Origin: a virus
Reading direction: 5' to 3' (one strand)
Virus record (IMG/VR): IMGVR_UViG_3300032299_001015
Span: 1-64,000 of that record
Length of the DNA: 64,000 bases
Part shown: positions 56,097-64,000 of the stretch, piece by piece
Numbering within the stretch: the stretch's first letter is position 1
Layout: every line of letters starts with the position of its first letter
Translations under genes and position numbers: made by a program
The notes under the pieces: model-generated
Seen by the model: only the letters and a program-made list of their open reading frames with translations
What the model was told of the DNA's origin: nothing
The model's database searches: none

Positions 56097-59000
56097 CTAC
56101 TCTAGGCCAATTATATCATTTACAGTTGATGCAGATACAGGAATTGTGACGGTAGTCCATATAGTTAAATCAGTAGACGAATATACAGCATTAGTTCCTT
56201 GAATTTGATAGGTGCTGCCAAATTTTGCCATTTTTTGTAGGGAATCATTAATTAAAGAATAGGGCAAAGAAGTTCTTAATTTTCCTGTGTTTCCTCCTGC
56301 AATCCATAGGCCGTTGCCGTAGGCTACGGAGCGGATTAAGGTAGTTCCAAAGTTAGAAGTTTGGGTTGTCCAGGTCACGCCATCGGTGGAGGTGCGAAGT
56401 TGCCCTTGCTCTGCTGATGCTATCCATATGCCATTGCCATAGGCTATGGAGTGGATGGTGGTGTTGCCAAAGTTAGAGTTTTGGGTGGTCCAGGCAACAC
56501 CATTAGTGGAGGTTCTTAGTTGTCCTGCAACGCCTCCTGCTATCCATAGGCCGTTGCCGTAGGCTACGGAGCGGATGCTGGTGCTACCAAAGTTAGAGGT
56601 TTGGGTTGCCCAGGTTATGGTGTCGGTGGACGTACGGATTTGGCCTGTGTATCCGCCTGCTATCCATAGACCGTTGCCATAGGCTACGGATTGGATTTGG
56701 GTGTTGCCAAAGTTAGAAACTACTGATACCCAGGTTGTATTATCTGTAGATGTTGAAATATTTCCTAAAGTAGTTACTATCACCCACCTATTACTATTAT
56801 GTGACACAGATGTAATACCGTTTGTAGTTAATCTATCTTCTCCGTCCCAGGTTACGCCATCGGGGGAGGTACGGAGTTGACCTGTGTAGCCTCCTGCAAT
56901 CCATAGGCCGTTGCCGTAGGCGACGGAGAGGATCATGCTGTTGCCAAAGTTAGAAGTTCGGGTAGTCCAGGTCACGCCATCGGTGGAGGTGCGGATTTGG
57001 CCCGTTAATCCGCCTGCTATCCATAAGCCGTTGCCATAGGCTACGGAGCGGATGTTGGTGTTGCCAAAGTTAGAAGTTCGGGTTGTCCAGGTAGTGCCAT
57101 TGGTGGAGGTACGGAGGGTGCCTGTGTATCCTCCTGCAATCCATAGGCCGTTGCCATAGGCTACGGAGAGGATAGCGGTACCGCCAAAGTTAGAAGTTCG
57201 GGTAGTCCAGGTCACGCCATCGGTGGAGGTTCTCATTTGGCTATCGCTGCCTGACACTATCCATAGGCCGTTGCCATAGGCTACGGAGAAAATGGTGTTG
57301 GTAGAGCCAAAGTTAGAGGTTCGGCTAGTCCAGGTAGTGCCATCGGTGGAGGTTCTCAATTGGCCTCCGCTACTTCCTGCTATCCATAGGCCGTTGCCAT
57401 AGGCTACGGAGTAGATAGGATTGCTCCCAATAAAGCCAGAAGTTTGGGTAGTCCAAGTAACGCCATTGGTGGAAGTGCGGATTTGGGCACCTTCCCCTAC
57501 TGCTATCCATAGGCCGTTGCCATAGGCTACGGAGCGGATGTTGGTAGCGCCAAAGTTGGAGGTTTGGGTAGTCCAGGTTGTGCCATTAGTGGAGGTGCGG
57601 ATTTGGCCTGTTAATCCGCCTGCTATCCATAGACCGTTGCCATAGGCTACGGAGTAGATTGCGGTGGTACCAAAGTTAGATGCTATTCCACTAGTTCCAA
57701 TATTAAAGTTTACTGTATTCCAAGTAATGGTGTCTGTGGAAGTTCTACCCTGACCACTATACGCACCTGCTATCCATATGCCATTGCCATAGGCTACGGA
57801 GTAGACGCTGACGCTGCCAAAGTTAGAGTTTTGCGTAGTCCAGGTTACGGTATCGGTGGAGGTGCGGATTTGACCTGCACTTCCTACTGCTACCCATAGA
57901 CCGTTGTTATATCCTACGGAGAATATTACACTATTTCCAAAGTTAGAGGTTTGCTCTTTCCAAGTAGCACCTTGAATTCCCCCAGATGAAGAACTAGCGA
58001 ATACTTGAGTGACCCATGTACTTCCATCTGTTGACCGCCAAAATGTTCCAGAATTTACAACGGCAAAAGCGGTGGAAGCAGTAGAAAACATTCCATTTAC
58101 CGCCGTTGGTCCAGATACTGTTGTCCAAGTTTCTGCATTTGTTGAACTTAAAGTAGATGATGCTGATGAAAAGGCGTAAAAAGAATTATTGAAAGAATGT
58201 AATTTATAGTTATTTGGCAATATTGATGAGTTTTCAGAGGTGCGGAGTTGTCCGGTGCTGCCTCCTGCTATCCATAGGCCGTTGCCATAGGCTACGGAGT
58301 TGATGTTAGTGGCACCAAAGTTGGAGGTTTGGGTAGTCCAGGTTACGCCATCGGTGGAGGTACGGATTTGTCCTGTGTATCCGCCTGCTATCCATAGGCC
58401 GTTGCCATAGGCGACGGAGAGGATGTTAGTGCTGCCAAAGTTGGAGGTTTGGGTGGTCCAGGTTGTGCCATTGGTGGACGTACGGATTTGTCCTGCGTAG
58501 CCCCCTGCAATCCATAAACCGTTGCCGTAGGCTACGGAGGCGATGGTGGTGTTTAAGTTAGAGGTTTGCGTGGTCCAAGTGACGCCATTGGTGGAGGTTC
58601 TTAATTGGCCTGCGTTACCTCCTGCTATCCATAAGCCGCTGCTATAGGCTACGGAGCGGATGATATTGAAACCAAAGTTAGAGGTTTGTGTTGTCCAGGT
58701 TACGCCATTGGTGGAGGTGCGGATTTCTCCGTCGCCTCCTCCTGCAATCCATAGGCCGTTGCCATAGGCTACGGAAAAGATTCCGAGGATGTTGGTGATA
58801 CTAAAGTTAGAGGTTTGGGTAGTCCAGGTTACGCCATCGGTGGAGGTTCTCAATTGGCCGCCGGAGGCTCCTGCAATCCATAGGCCATTGCCATAGGCTA
58901 AGGAGCGGATGGTGGTGTTGCCAAAGTTGGAGGTTTGGGTTGTCCAGGTGACGCCATTGGTAGAGGTTCTCAGTTGTCCTGAAAGACCTCCTGCAATCCA

Positions 59001-59312
59001 TAGGCCATTGCCATAGGCTACGGAGTTGATGGTGGTGCTACCAAAGTTAGAGTTTTGGGTGGTCCAGGAAACTCCTAATCTATTATATATAGTATTAAAT
59101 GTTCCTAAAGATTGTGTTGCTTGAAGTGATCTTAGAACTACTCCATTACTCAATACAGCCGACCAAATGTTATTAGCATAAGCAATAGAAGAAATACTTC
59201 CACTAGTAACGGCGGGGGAAATAAAGGTAGTGCTATTGGTAGCATCTGGATCAAGGTTTATTGTTGCACTTGACCAAGTAATGCTATTTGTAGAATATCT
59301 AATTTCTGTCAT
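56097..59312 (-). CDS. Multi-beta-propeller repeat protein B
   Basis: 20 conserved plus several degenerate 40-aa Asp-box-like blades; ATG 59312 after AGGCGGTGA. Confidence 0.85.
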   Translation of the reverse strand: MTEIRYSTNSITWSSATINLDPDATNSTTFISPAVTSGSISSIAYANNIWSAVLSNGVVLRSLQATQSLGTFNTIYNRLGVSWTTQNSNFGSTTINSVAYGNGLWIAGGLSGQLRTSTNGVTWTTQTSNFGNTTIRSLAYGNGLWIAGASGGQLRTSTDGVTWTTQTSNFSITNILGIFSVAYGNGLWIAGGGDGEIRTSTNGVTWTTQTSNFGFNIIRSVAYSSGLWIAGGNAGQLRTSTNGVTWTTQTSNLNTTIASVAYGNGLWIAGGYAGQIRTSTNGTTWTTQTSNFGSTNILSVAYGNGLWIAGGYTGQIRTSTDGVTWTTQTSNFGATNINSVAYGNGLWIAGGSTGQLRTSENSSILPNNYKLHSFNNSFYAFSSASSTLSSTNAETWTTVSGPTAVNGMFSTASTAFAVVNSGTFWRSTDGSTWVTQVFASSSSGGIQGATWKEQTSNFGNSVIFSVGYNNGLWVAVGSAGQIRTSTDTVTWTTQNSNFGSVSVYSVAYGNGIWIAGAYSGQGRTSTDTITWNTVNFNIGTSGIASNFGTTAIYSVAYGNGLWIAGGLTGQIRTSTNGTTWTTQTSNFGATNIRSVAYGNGLWIAVGEGAQIRTSTNGVTWTTQTSGFIGSNPIYSVAYGNGLWIAGSSGGQLRTSTDGTTWTSRTSNFGSTNTIFSVAYGNGLWIVSGSDSQMRTSTDGVTWTTRTSNFGGTAILSVAYGNGLWIAGGYTGTLRTSTNGTTWTTRTSNFGNTNIRSVAYGNGLWIAGGLTGQIRTSTDGVTWTTRTSNFGNSMILSVAYGNGLWIAGGYTGQLRTSPDGVTWDGEDRLTTNGITSVSHNSNRWVIVTTLGNISTSTDNTTWVSVVSNFGNTQIQSVAYGNGLWIAGGYTGQIRTSTDTITWATQTSNFGSTSIRSVAYGNGLWIAGGVAGQLRTSTNGVAWTTQNSNFGNTTIHSIAYGNGIWIASAEQGQLRTSTDGVTWTTQTSNFGTTLIRSVAYGNGLWIAGGNTGKLRTSLPYSLINDSLQKMAKFGSTYQIQGTNAVYSSTDLTIWTTVTIPVSASTVNDIIGLE

Positions 59313-61230
59313 TTTAATCACCGCCTACAAAATATGAAATAAAAGAACCTGCTGATGCAGAGGTTCTCAGTTGGCCTGCGTTACCTACTGCTATCCATAG
59401 ACCGTTGCCATAGGCTACGGAGTTGATGTTAGTGGCACCAAAGTTAGAGGTTTGGGTGGTCCAGGTGACGCCATTGGTGGAGGTGCGAAGTTGCCCTTGC
59501 TCTGCTCCTGCCATCCATAGACCGTTGCCATAGGCTACGGAGCGGATGGTGGTGTTGCCAAAGTTGGAGGTTTGGGTAGTCCAGGTTACGCCATCGGTGG
59601 AGGTACGGATTTGTCCTGTGTATCCGCCTGCTATCCATAGGCTATTGCCATAGGCTACGGATCGGATGTTGGTGCTACCAAAGTTGGAGGTTTGGGTGGT
59701 CCAGGTTACGCCATTGGTGGAAGTGCGGATTTCTGTGTATCCGCCTGCTATCCATAGGCTATTGCCATAGGCTACGGAGCGGATGGTGGTGTTGCCAAAG
59801 TTGGAAGTTTGGGTGGTCCAGGTTGTGCCATTGGTGGACGTACGTAGTTGGCCTGTGTTTCCTCCTGCTATCCATAGGCCGTTGCCATAGGCTACGGAGC
59901 GGATGGGGGTAGCGCCAAAGTTAGAGGTTTGTGTGGTCCAGGTAACGCCATTGGTAGAGGTGCGTATTTCTCCTGTGTTACCTACTGCTATCCATAGACC
60001 ATTGCCATAGGCTATGGAGAATATGTTGGTAGCGCCAAAGTTAGAGGTTTGGGTTGCCCAGGTTATGGTGTCGGTAGAGGTACGGATTTGTCCGGCGTAG
60101 CCTCCTGCAATCCATAGGCCATTGCCATAGGCTACGGGGAAGATATTGGTATTGCCAAAGTTAGAGTTTTGAGTAACCCAAAAAACTCCAGCAGGTTGAG
60201 TATCACCTCCACCATATTCTACAACTTTAATATTTCCTGTCATTCCTGTATTTACTGAAGTCCAAGATGTTAAATTGGTGGAGGAGAATAATTTTCCATC
60301 GTCCGCCGCCACAAATGTAGTAGATGCTGATGGGATATATTCTATGTCGTTTATTGGGGAATATGCTGATGTATATGTCTGAGGTGAAGTTATAATTTGG
60401 CCTGCGAATCCTCCTGCAATCCATAGGCCGTTGCCATAGGCGACGGAGAGGATACGGGTCGCCCCAAAGTTAGAGTTTCGGGTTGTCCAGGTAACGCCAT
60501 CGGTGGAGGTACGGATTTGGCCTGTGTATCCGCCTGCTATCCATAGGCCGTTGCCATAGGCGACGGAGAGGATGGTAGTGCTGCCAAAGTTGGAGGTTTG
60601 GGTGGTCCAGGTGACGCCATTGGTGGACGTGCGGATTTGTCCAGACCGTCCTCCTGCTATCCATAGGCCGTTGCCATAGGCTACGGAGTTTATGTTGGTG
60701 CTACCAAAGTTGGAGGTTTGGGTGGTCCAGGTAGTGCCATCGGTGGAGGTACGGAGTTGTCCGTATTCGCCTCCTGCAATCCATAGGCCGTTGCCATAGG
60801 CGACGGAGAGAATGGCGCTTTCGAAGTTGGAGGTTCGCGTGGTCCAGGTAGTGCCATCGGTGGAAGTGCGGATAGCGATGGACAAAAATTCTGGGGTGCC
60901 TCCTCCTGCAATCCATAGGCCGTTGCCATAGGCTACGGAGTTGATTTGGGTGTTGCCAAAGTTAGACGTTCGGGTTGTCCAGGTAGTGCCATCGGTGGAG
61001 GTGCGGATTTGTCCTGTGTATCCGCCTGCTATCCATAGGCCGTTGCCATAGGCTATGGAGTTGATGGTGGTGTTGCCAAAGTTAGACGTTCGGGTTGTCC
61101 AGGTAGTGCCATTGGTGGACGTACGTAGTTGGCCTGTGGTTCCTCCTGCTATCCATAGGCCGTTGCCATAGGCTACTGAGCGGATGATGGTGGTACCAAA
61201 ATTAGAGTTTTGTGTGGTCCAGGTAACGCC
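56268..61230 (-). repeat. 34 coding ~120-nt repeats, consensus WTTQTSNFGxTxIxSVAYGNGLWIAGGxxGQ(I/L)RTST(D/N)G(V/T)T
   Basis: 120-nt periodicity visible; near-invariant atccataggccgttgccataggc core. Confidence 0.97.
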
Positions 61231-61407
61231 AGTATTTGCGGGGTCTGGAGTAGTTCCCTGTCCAGTATTAAATCCAGATATTTGAGCGGTAGTGTTAGTT
61301 GAATCAATAGAATAAAGAAGGCCAGATGAGGTGCCAAAGAGGAACTGTCTTACCCCCGCCGATATTTTTTTAGAACTAGAAAGAATACCTACCCAAATAC
61401 CACTCAT
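59314..61407 (-). CDS. Multi-beta-propeller repeat protein A
   Basis: Two blocks of 7 conserved 40-aa blades. Confidence 0.85.
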   Translation of the reverse strand: MSGIWVGILSSSKKISAGVRQFLFGTSSGLLYSIDSTNTTAQISGFNTGQGTTPDPANTGVTWTTQNSNFGTTIIRSVAYGNGLWIAGGTTGQLRTSTNGTTWTTRTSNFGNTTINSIAYGNGLWIAGGYTGQIRTSTDGTTWTTRTSNFGNTQINSVAYGNGLWIAGGGTPEFLSIAIRTSTDGTTWTTRTSNFESAILSVAYGNGLWIAGGEYGQLRTSTDGTTWTTQTSNFGSTNINSVAYGNGLWIAGGRSGQIRTSTNGVTWTTQTSNFGSTTILSVAYGNGLWIAGGYTGQIRTSTDGVTWTTRNSNFGATRILSVAYGNGLWIAGGFAGQIITSPQTYTSAYSPINDIEYIPSASTTFVAADDGKLFSSTNLTSWTSVNTGMTGNIKVVEYGGGDTQPAGVFWVTQNSNFGNTNIFPVAYGNGLWIAGGYAGQIRTSTDTITWATQTSNFGATNIFSIAYGNGLWIAVGNTGEIRTSTNGVTWTTQTSNFGATPIRSVAYGNGLWIAGGNTGQLRTSTNGTTWTTQTSNFGNTTIRSVAYGNSLWIAGGYTEIRTSTNGVTWTTQTSNFGSTNIRSVAYGNSLWIAGGYTGQIRTSTDGVTWTTQTSNFGNTTIRSVAYGNGLWMAGAEQGQLRTSTNGVTWTTQTSNFGATNINSVAYGNGLWIAVGNAGQLRTSASAGSFISYFVGGD

Positions 61408-63998
61408 ACTGTTAAATCACCTATAGCAACCCAAGTATCTGTTCCACGTTTTATTAACGTAGCAGCAGACCATTGACCAACAAGTTTTGTCGCACCTCCG
61501 CTAGAGTTTAGGGTGACACCAGAAACATATGATGCTGTTACTTGTCCTGCACCAGTCTGAAGTATATCAATTTTAGTTCCTGTTGGAAATGCTTGAGTTG
61601 AATTAAGTGGAATAACTAATGTTATTGGGCTAGCGTTATTTAATTCAACCAAGTCTCCAGCATCACTTAATACTAATGAATAAGATGTTCCAGACTGAGC
61701 ATTAGTAATAATATTCATTGCAGTAGTTATAGAGATCTGACCATTTTGTAAATCGGTTAGTGTAGCGCTTGCCGCACCAGTTACAATTCCTGTTAAATTA
61801 ATTCCAATAATAGGATCGGGTTTATTTGTAACTCCATCCCAATTAATACTAGAGGCACTTGTTGAAAAACTAGTATTTGTTACAATAGATATTTGTCCAT
61901 TTGCTAAGTCAGTAAGCGTTGCTGAAGCAGCGCCAGTAGTATTTCCAGTAAGTGAAACCCCTATTACTGGATCTGGTATATCTGTGACTCTGCTCCAATT
62001 TATAGAAGATGCAGTATTAGCATTTCCTAAAAGAGCGCCTGTAAATGTTTGAGCAGATGCATTACCACTTATAATTGCTGATCCAATTACATGCAGTTCA
62101 GTAACGGGACTAAAAGTACCTATACCAACCCTTTTACTGCTAGTAAGATTTAATACTGGAGTTGGACTTCCTACTGAATCTCCTGTATAAAAAGACATAT
62201 TAGATGGAATACCACTAGCAGAACTATTTGCAACTGATTCTACAGTTATATATGAAGAATTTTTTACTACTCCATTAATGTCAGGTCCTTGGAAAATAAT
62301 TGTTCCAAGATCCATTCCAATTAGGGCTGCAGATGCACCAGGAGATTTAGAAAATATTAAATACCCTGAATTATCTAAAGCATTAGTATTTCTAATAACA
62401 AGTTGTGGGCTAAATTCAGTTGCCTGAGATAAAATTAAATTACCGCTTAATGTTCCTAAACTTGTTAAACTTGAGTTAACAATAGATGAGGGAAGAGTTG
62501 TTCCTGTAATTAATGAAGAATTAATGGATGATGCTGTGTTAGCATGATTAGCCGTACTTCCAATAGACATATATAATGTAGAGGCAGTGGTTCTAGTTAG
62601 ATATGCCTGAGATGCAGATACAGGAATATATCCAGAAACTATTGCAGCAGATGATGTGACTCTAATATATGCTGATGCTGCATCTGATTGTTTAAGATAT
62701 GTAGCGCTTGCTCCAGCGGCATTTTGATAGTATAATCCATGTTGACCATCAAGCATATCTGCGTTAAAGTTAGTGACGGTTACACTTGAAGAAACTTCTA
62801 ATGCTGCTATCTGTAGTACCCCAAATTCTACAGATGGATCTGAATAGTTAATAGTATTATTGACTGCTGCTGGCCCTTTTGAAAGAAGTTTCCATTTATT
62901 TTGTGAAGCATCTCTTGCAAAAGATGTATGATAATGATTTGCAGAAGATGTTGTACCATCGCCATAAGATCCAACTATACCAATATCTACAGCATCTGTT
63001 GTATATTGTTCATGTGCCAGTTGAATAAGTGAGTCTGTAAGTGCTAAGTTTGTTGAAGTAATTGTTGTAGCACTTCCTGTAATAACTAAGTTATTAATAT
63101 TAACGGTTCCATGGAACGTTGTTGTTCCCGTTCTTTCTTGGGTTGCACTAGAAGTATTAAGAAAATATGATGCATGTTGACCATCAAGTAAATCGGCATC
63201 TATTCCTGATCCCGCTCCGTCAACCTCTGTAATAGCCGTTGCAAGATTTTGATTAAACCATACACTAGATGACGCATTGTATGAAATAATGTCATTGTTT
63301 GTAACACTATTTATTAAAACGTCATGTAGTTCACCTAACTCATAACCGTTCTGAACATTAACAAAAAGTTGACCATTTCCAGCATTTGCTCTTTCTACAA
63401 CACCAATAAAAACTGTATGTTTTGGAGCAGAAGGTTTAACGCTAGTAAATTTACCAGCAGAAGCAGATAACCATAAAGTATCTCCAGGTGAATATGCACT
63501 TAAGTTAAGTTTATCGACAACGCCAAATATAGTAACAAAACCTTGACCTCCTGTTGTTATTGCCTCTGCTACCACCCCTAAACTTTTAGCAGATGTGGAA
63601 TCTGATGTGTTAATTGCTTTTTTAACAGATGCTCTATCTCCTGACGCTCCAAATAAATAAACAACATCACCTTTAACAAGAGGGGAACCTTCAGCATTTG
63701 TTACATATGCATGAACATGCTGTCCGATATGAGCAGTAATGTTACCGCCGATTAAACCAATTTCGGGAGTTCCAAAAGAAGAATTCCATTGGAATCTACC
63801 TACGCCTAGAGGTACTGTTCCAGAAAGATCAAGGTCTATACCGCCAATAGAAAATATTCCAGAAGCACTTCTAGAAACTAATGTGTTAGGTATATTTAGA
63901 GGAGTTCCAGAGGCTGATCCACCTCCGCGACCGTCACCAACTAGAACCCATGTAGACGCTGAAGACCATGCATATAGGCTACTTGCACTAATCCATAG
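61404..63998 (-). CDS. Fibre/adhesin-like virion protein, 5' end outside window
   Basis: Frame open to the window edge by hand translation; DADLLDGQH twice, ELGELHDV, C-terminal DTWVAIGDL domain. Confidence 0.8.
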   Translation of the reverse strand, partial: LWISASSLYAWSSASTWVLVGDGRGGGSASGTPLNIPNTLVSRSASGIFSIGGIDLDLSGTVPLGVGRFQWNSSFGTPEIGLIGGNITAHIGQHVHAYVTNAEGSPLVKGDVVYLFGASGDRASVKKAINTSDSTSAKSLGVVAEAITTGGQGFVTIFGVVDKLNLSAYSPGDTLWLSASAGKFTSVKPSAPKHTVFIGVVERANAGNGQLFVNVQNGYELGELHDVLINSVTNNDIISYNASSSVWFNQNLATAITEVDGAGSGIDADLLDGQHASYFLNTSSATQERTGTTTFHGTVNINNLVITGSATTITSTNLALTDSLIQLAHEQYTTDAVDIGIVGSYGDGTTSSANHYHTSFARDASQNKWKLLSKGPAAVNNTINYSDPSVEFGVLQIAALEVSSSVTVTNFNADMLDGQHGLYYQNAAGASATYLKQSDAASAYIRVTSSAAIVSGYIPVSASQAYLTRTTASTLYMSIGSTANHANTASSINSSLITGTTLPSSIVNSSLTSLGTLSGNLILSQATEFSPQLVIRNTNALDNSGYLIFSKSPGASAALIGMDLGTIIFQGPDINGVVKNSSYITVESVANSSASGIPSNMSFYTGDSVGSPTPVLNLTSSKRVGIGTFSPVTELHVIGSAIISGNASAQTFTGALLGNANTASSINWSRVTDIPDPVIGVSLTGNTTGAASATLTDLANGQISIVTNTSFSTSASSINWDGVTNKPDPIIGINLTGIVTGAASATLTDLQNGQISITTAMNIITNAQSGTSYSLVLSDAGDLVELNNASPITLVIPLNSTQAFPTGTKIDILQTGAGQVTASYVSGVTLNSSGGATKLVGQWSAATLIKRGTDTWVAIGDLTV

Positions 63999-64000
63999 TT

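Noticed and set aside
544-56202. All plus-strand ORFs in the track (e.g. 34413-35033, 37368-37982, 39222-39848, 46918-47424)
   Set aside because: They are antisense shadows of well-supported minus-strand genes, with no recognisable motifs
58807-60929. Alternative-frame repeat ORFs (MDCRR../MDSRR..)
   Set aside because: By-products of the DNA repeat; short and interrupted by stops
56268-61230. CRISPR array (regular repeats plus a Cas4-like gene in the window)
   Set aside because: Units are 120-nt in-frame coding repeats without unique spacers; no cas1/cas2; solo Cas4-like nucleases are common in phages
56268-61230. Diversity-generating retroelement (many variable codons are NNC, as from an AAC template)
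   Set aside because: No reverse transcriptase or non-coding template repeat in the window; variation includes non-adenine changes and indels, and C-ending codons are general in the repeats. Not excluded for the rest of the genome

Overview
A 64-kb internal segment of a large, AT-rich tailed dsDNA phage, siphovirus-like by its long tape measure and the absence of a sheath gene in the window. Essentially all real genes are on the minus strand. In transcription order (right to left): (1) a fibre/adhesin gene and two beta-propeller repeat genes; (2) a sulfotransferase plus glycosyltransferase cassette; (3) SSB, portal, prohead protease/scaffold, major capsid, head-tail connectors, major tail, frameshifted tail chaperones, a 2608-aa tape measure with amidase and lytic-transglycosylase domains, and minor tail/FN3 proteins; (4) a replication/recombination block (DnaB, DnaG, gp32-like SSB, DnaE, MazG, RecA, Cas4-like, RuvC); (5) terminase; (6) a SpoU methyltransferase, a structured RNA candidate, two tRNAs flanking an HNH gene, a secreted lysozyme-fold protein and another glycosyltransferase. 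Gene order and apparently leaderless TATAAT promoters suggest an actinobacterial, probably low-GC freshwater, host (inference). Top candidates for new biology: (a) a nested beta-propeller assembly in which five 7-bladed propellers built from 120-nt DNA repeats are plugged into an older 7-bladed scaffold propeller split over two genes; (b) an [S/T]-A-S tripeptide enriched in predicted surface-exposed virion proteins next to a glycosylation/sulfation cassette, suggesting a sequon-directed virion modification system; (c) shared protease-site and C-terminal motifs suggesting capsid cargo loading. All functional calls come from motif recognition by eye, without database searches.
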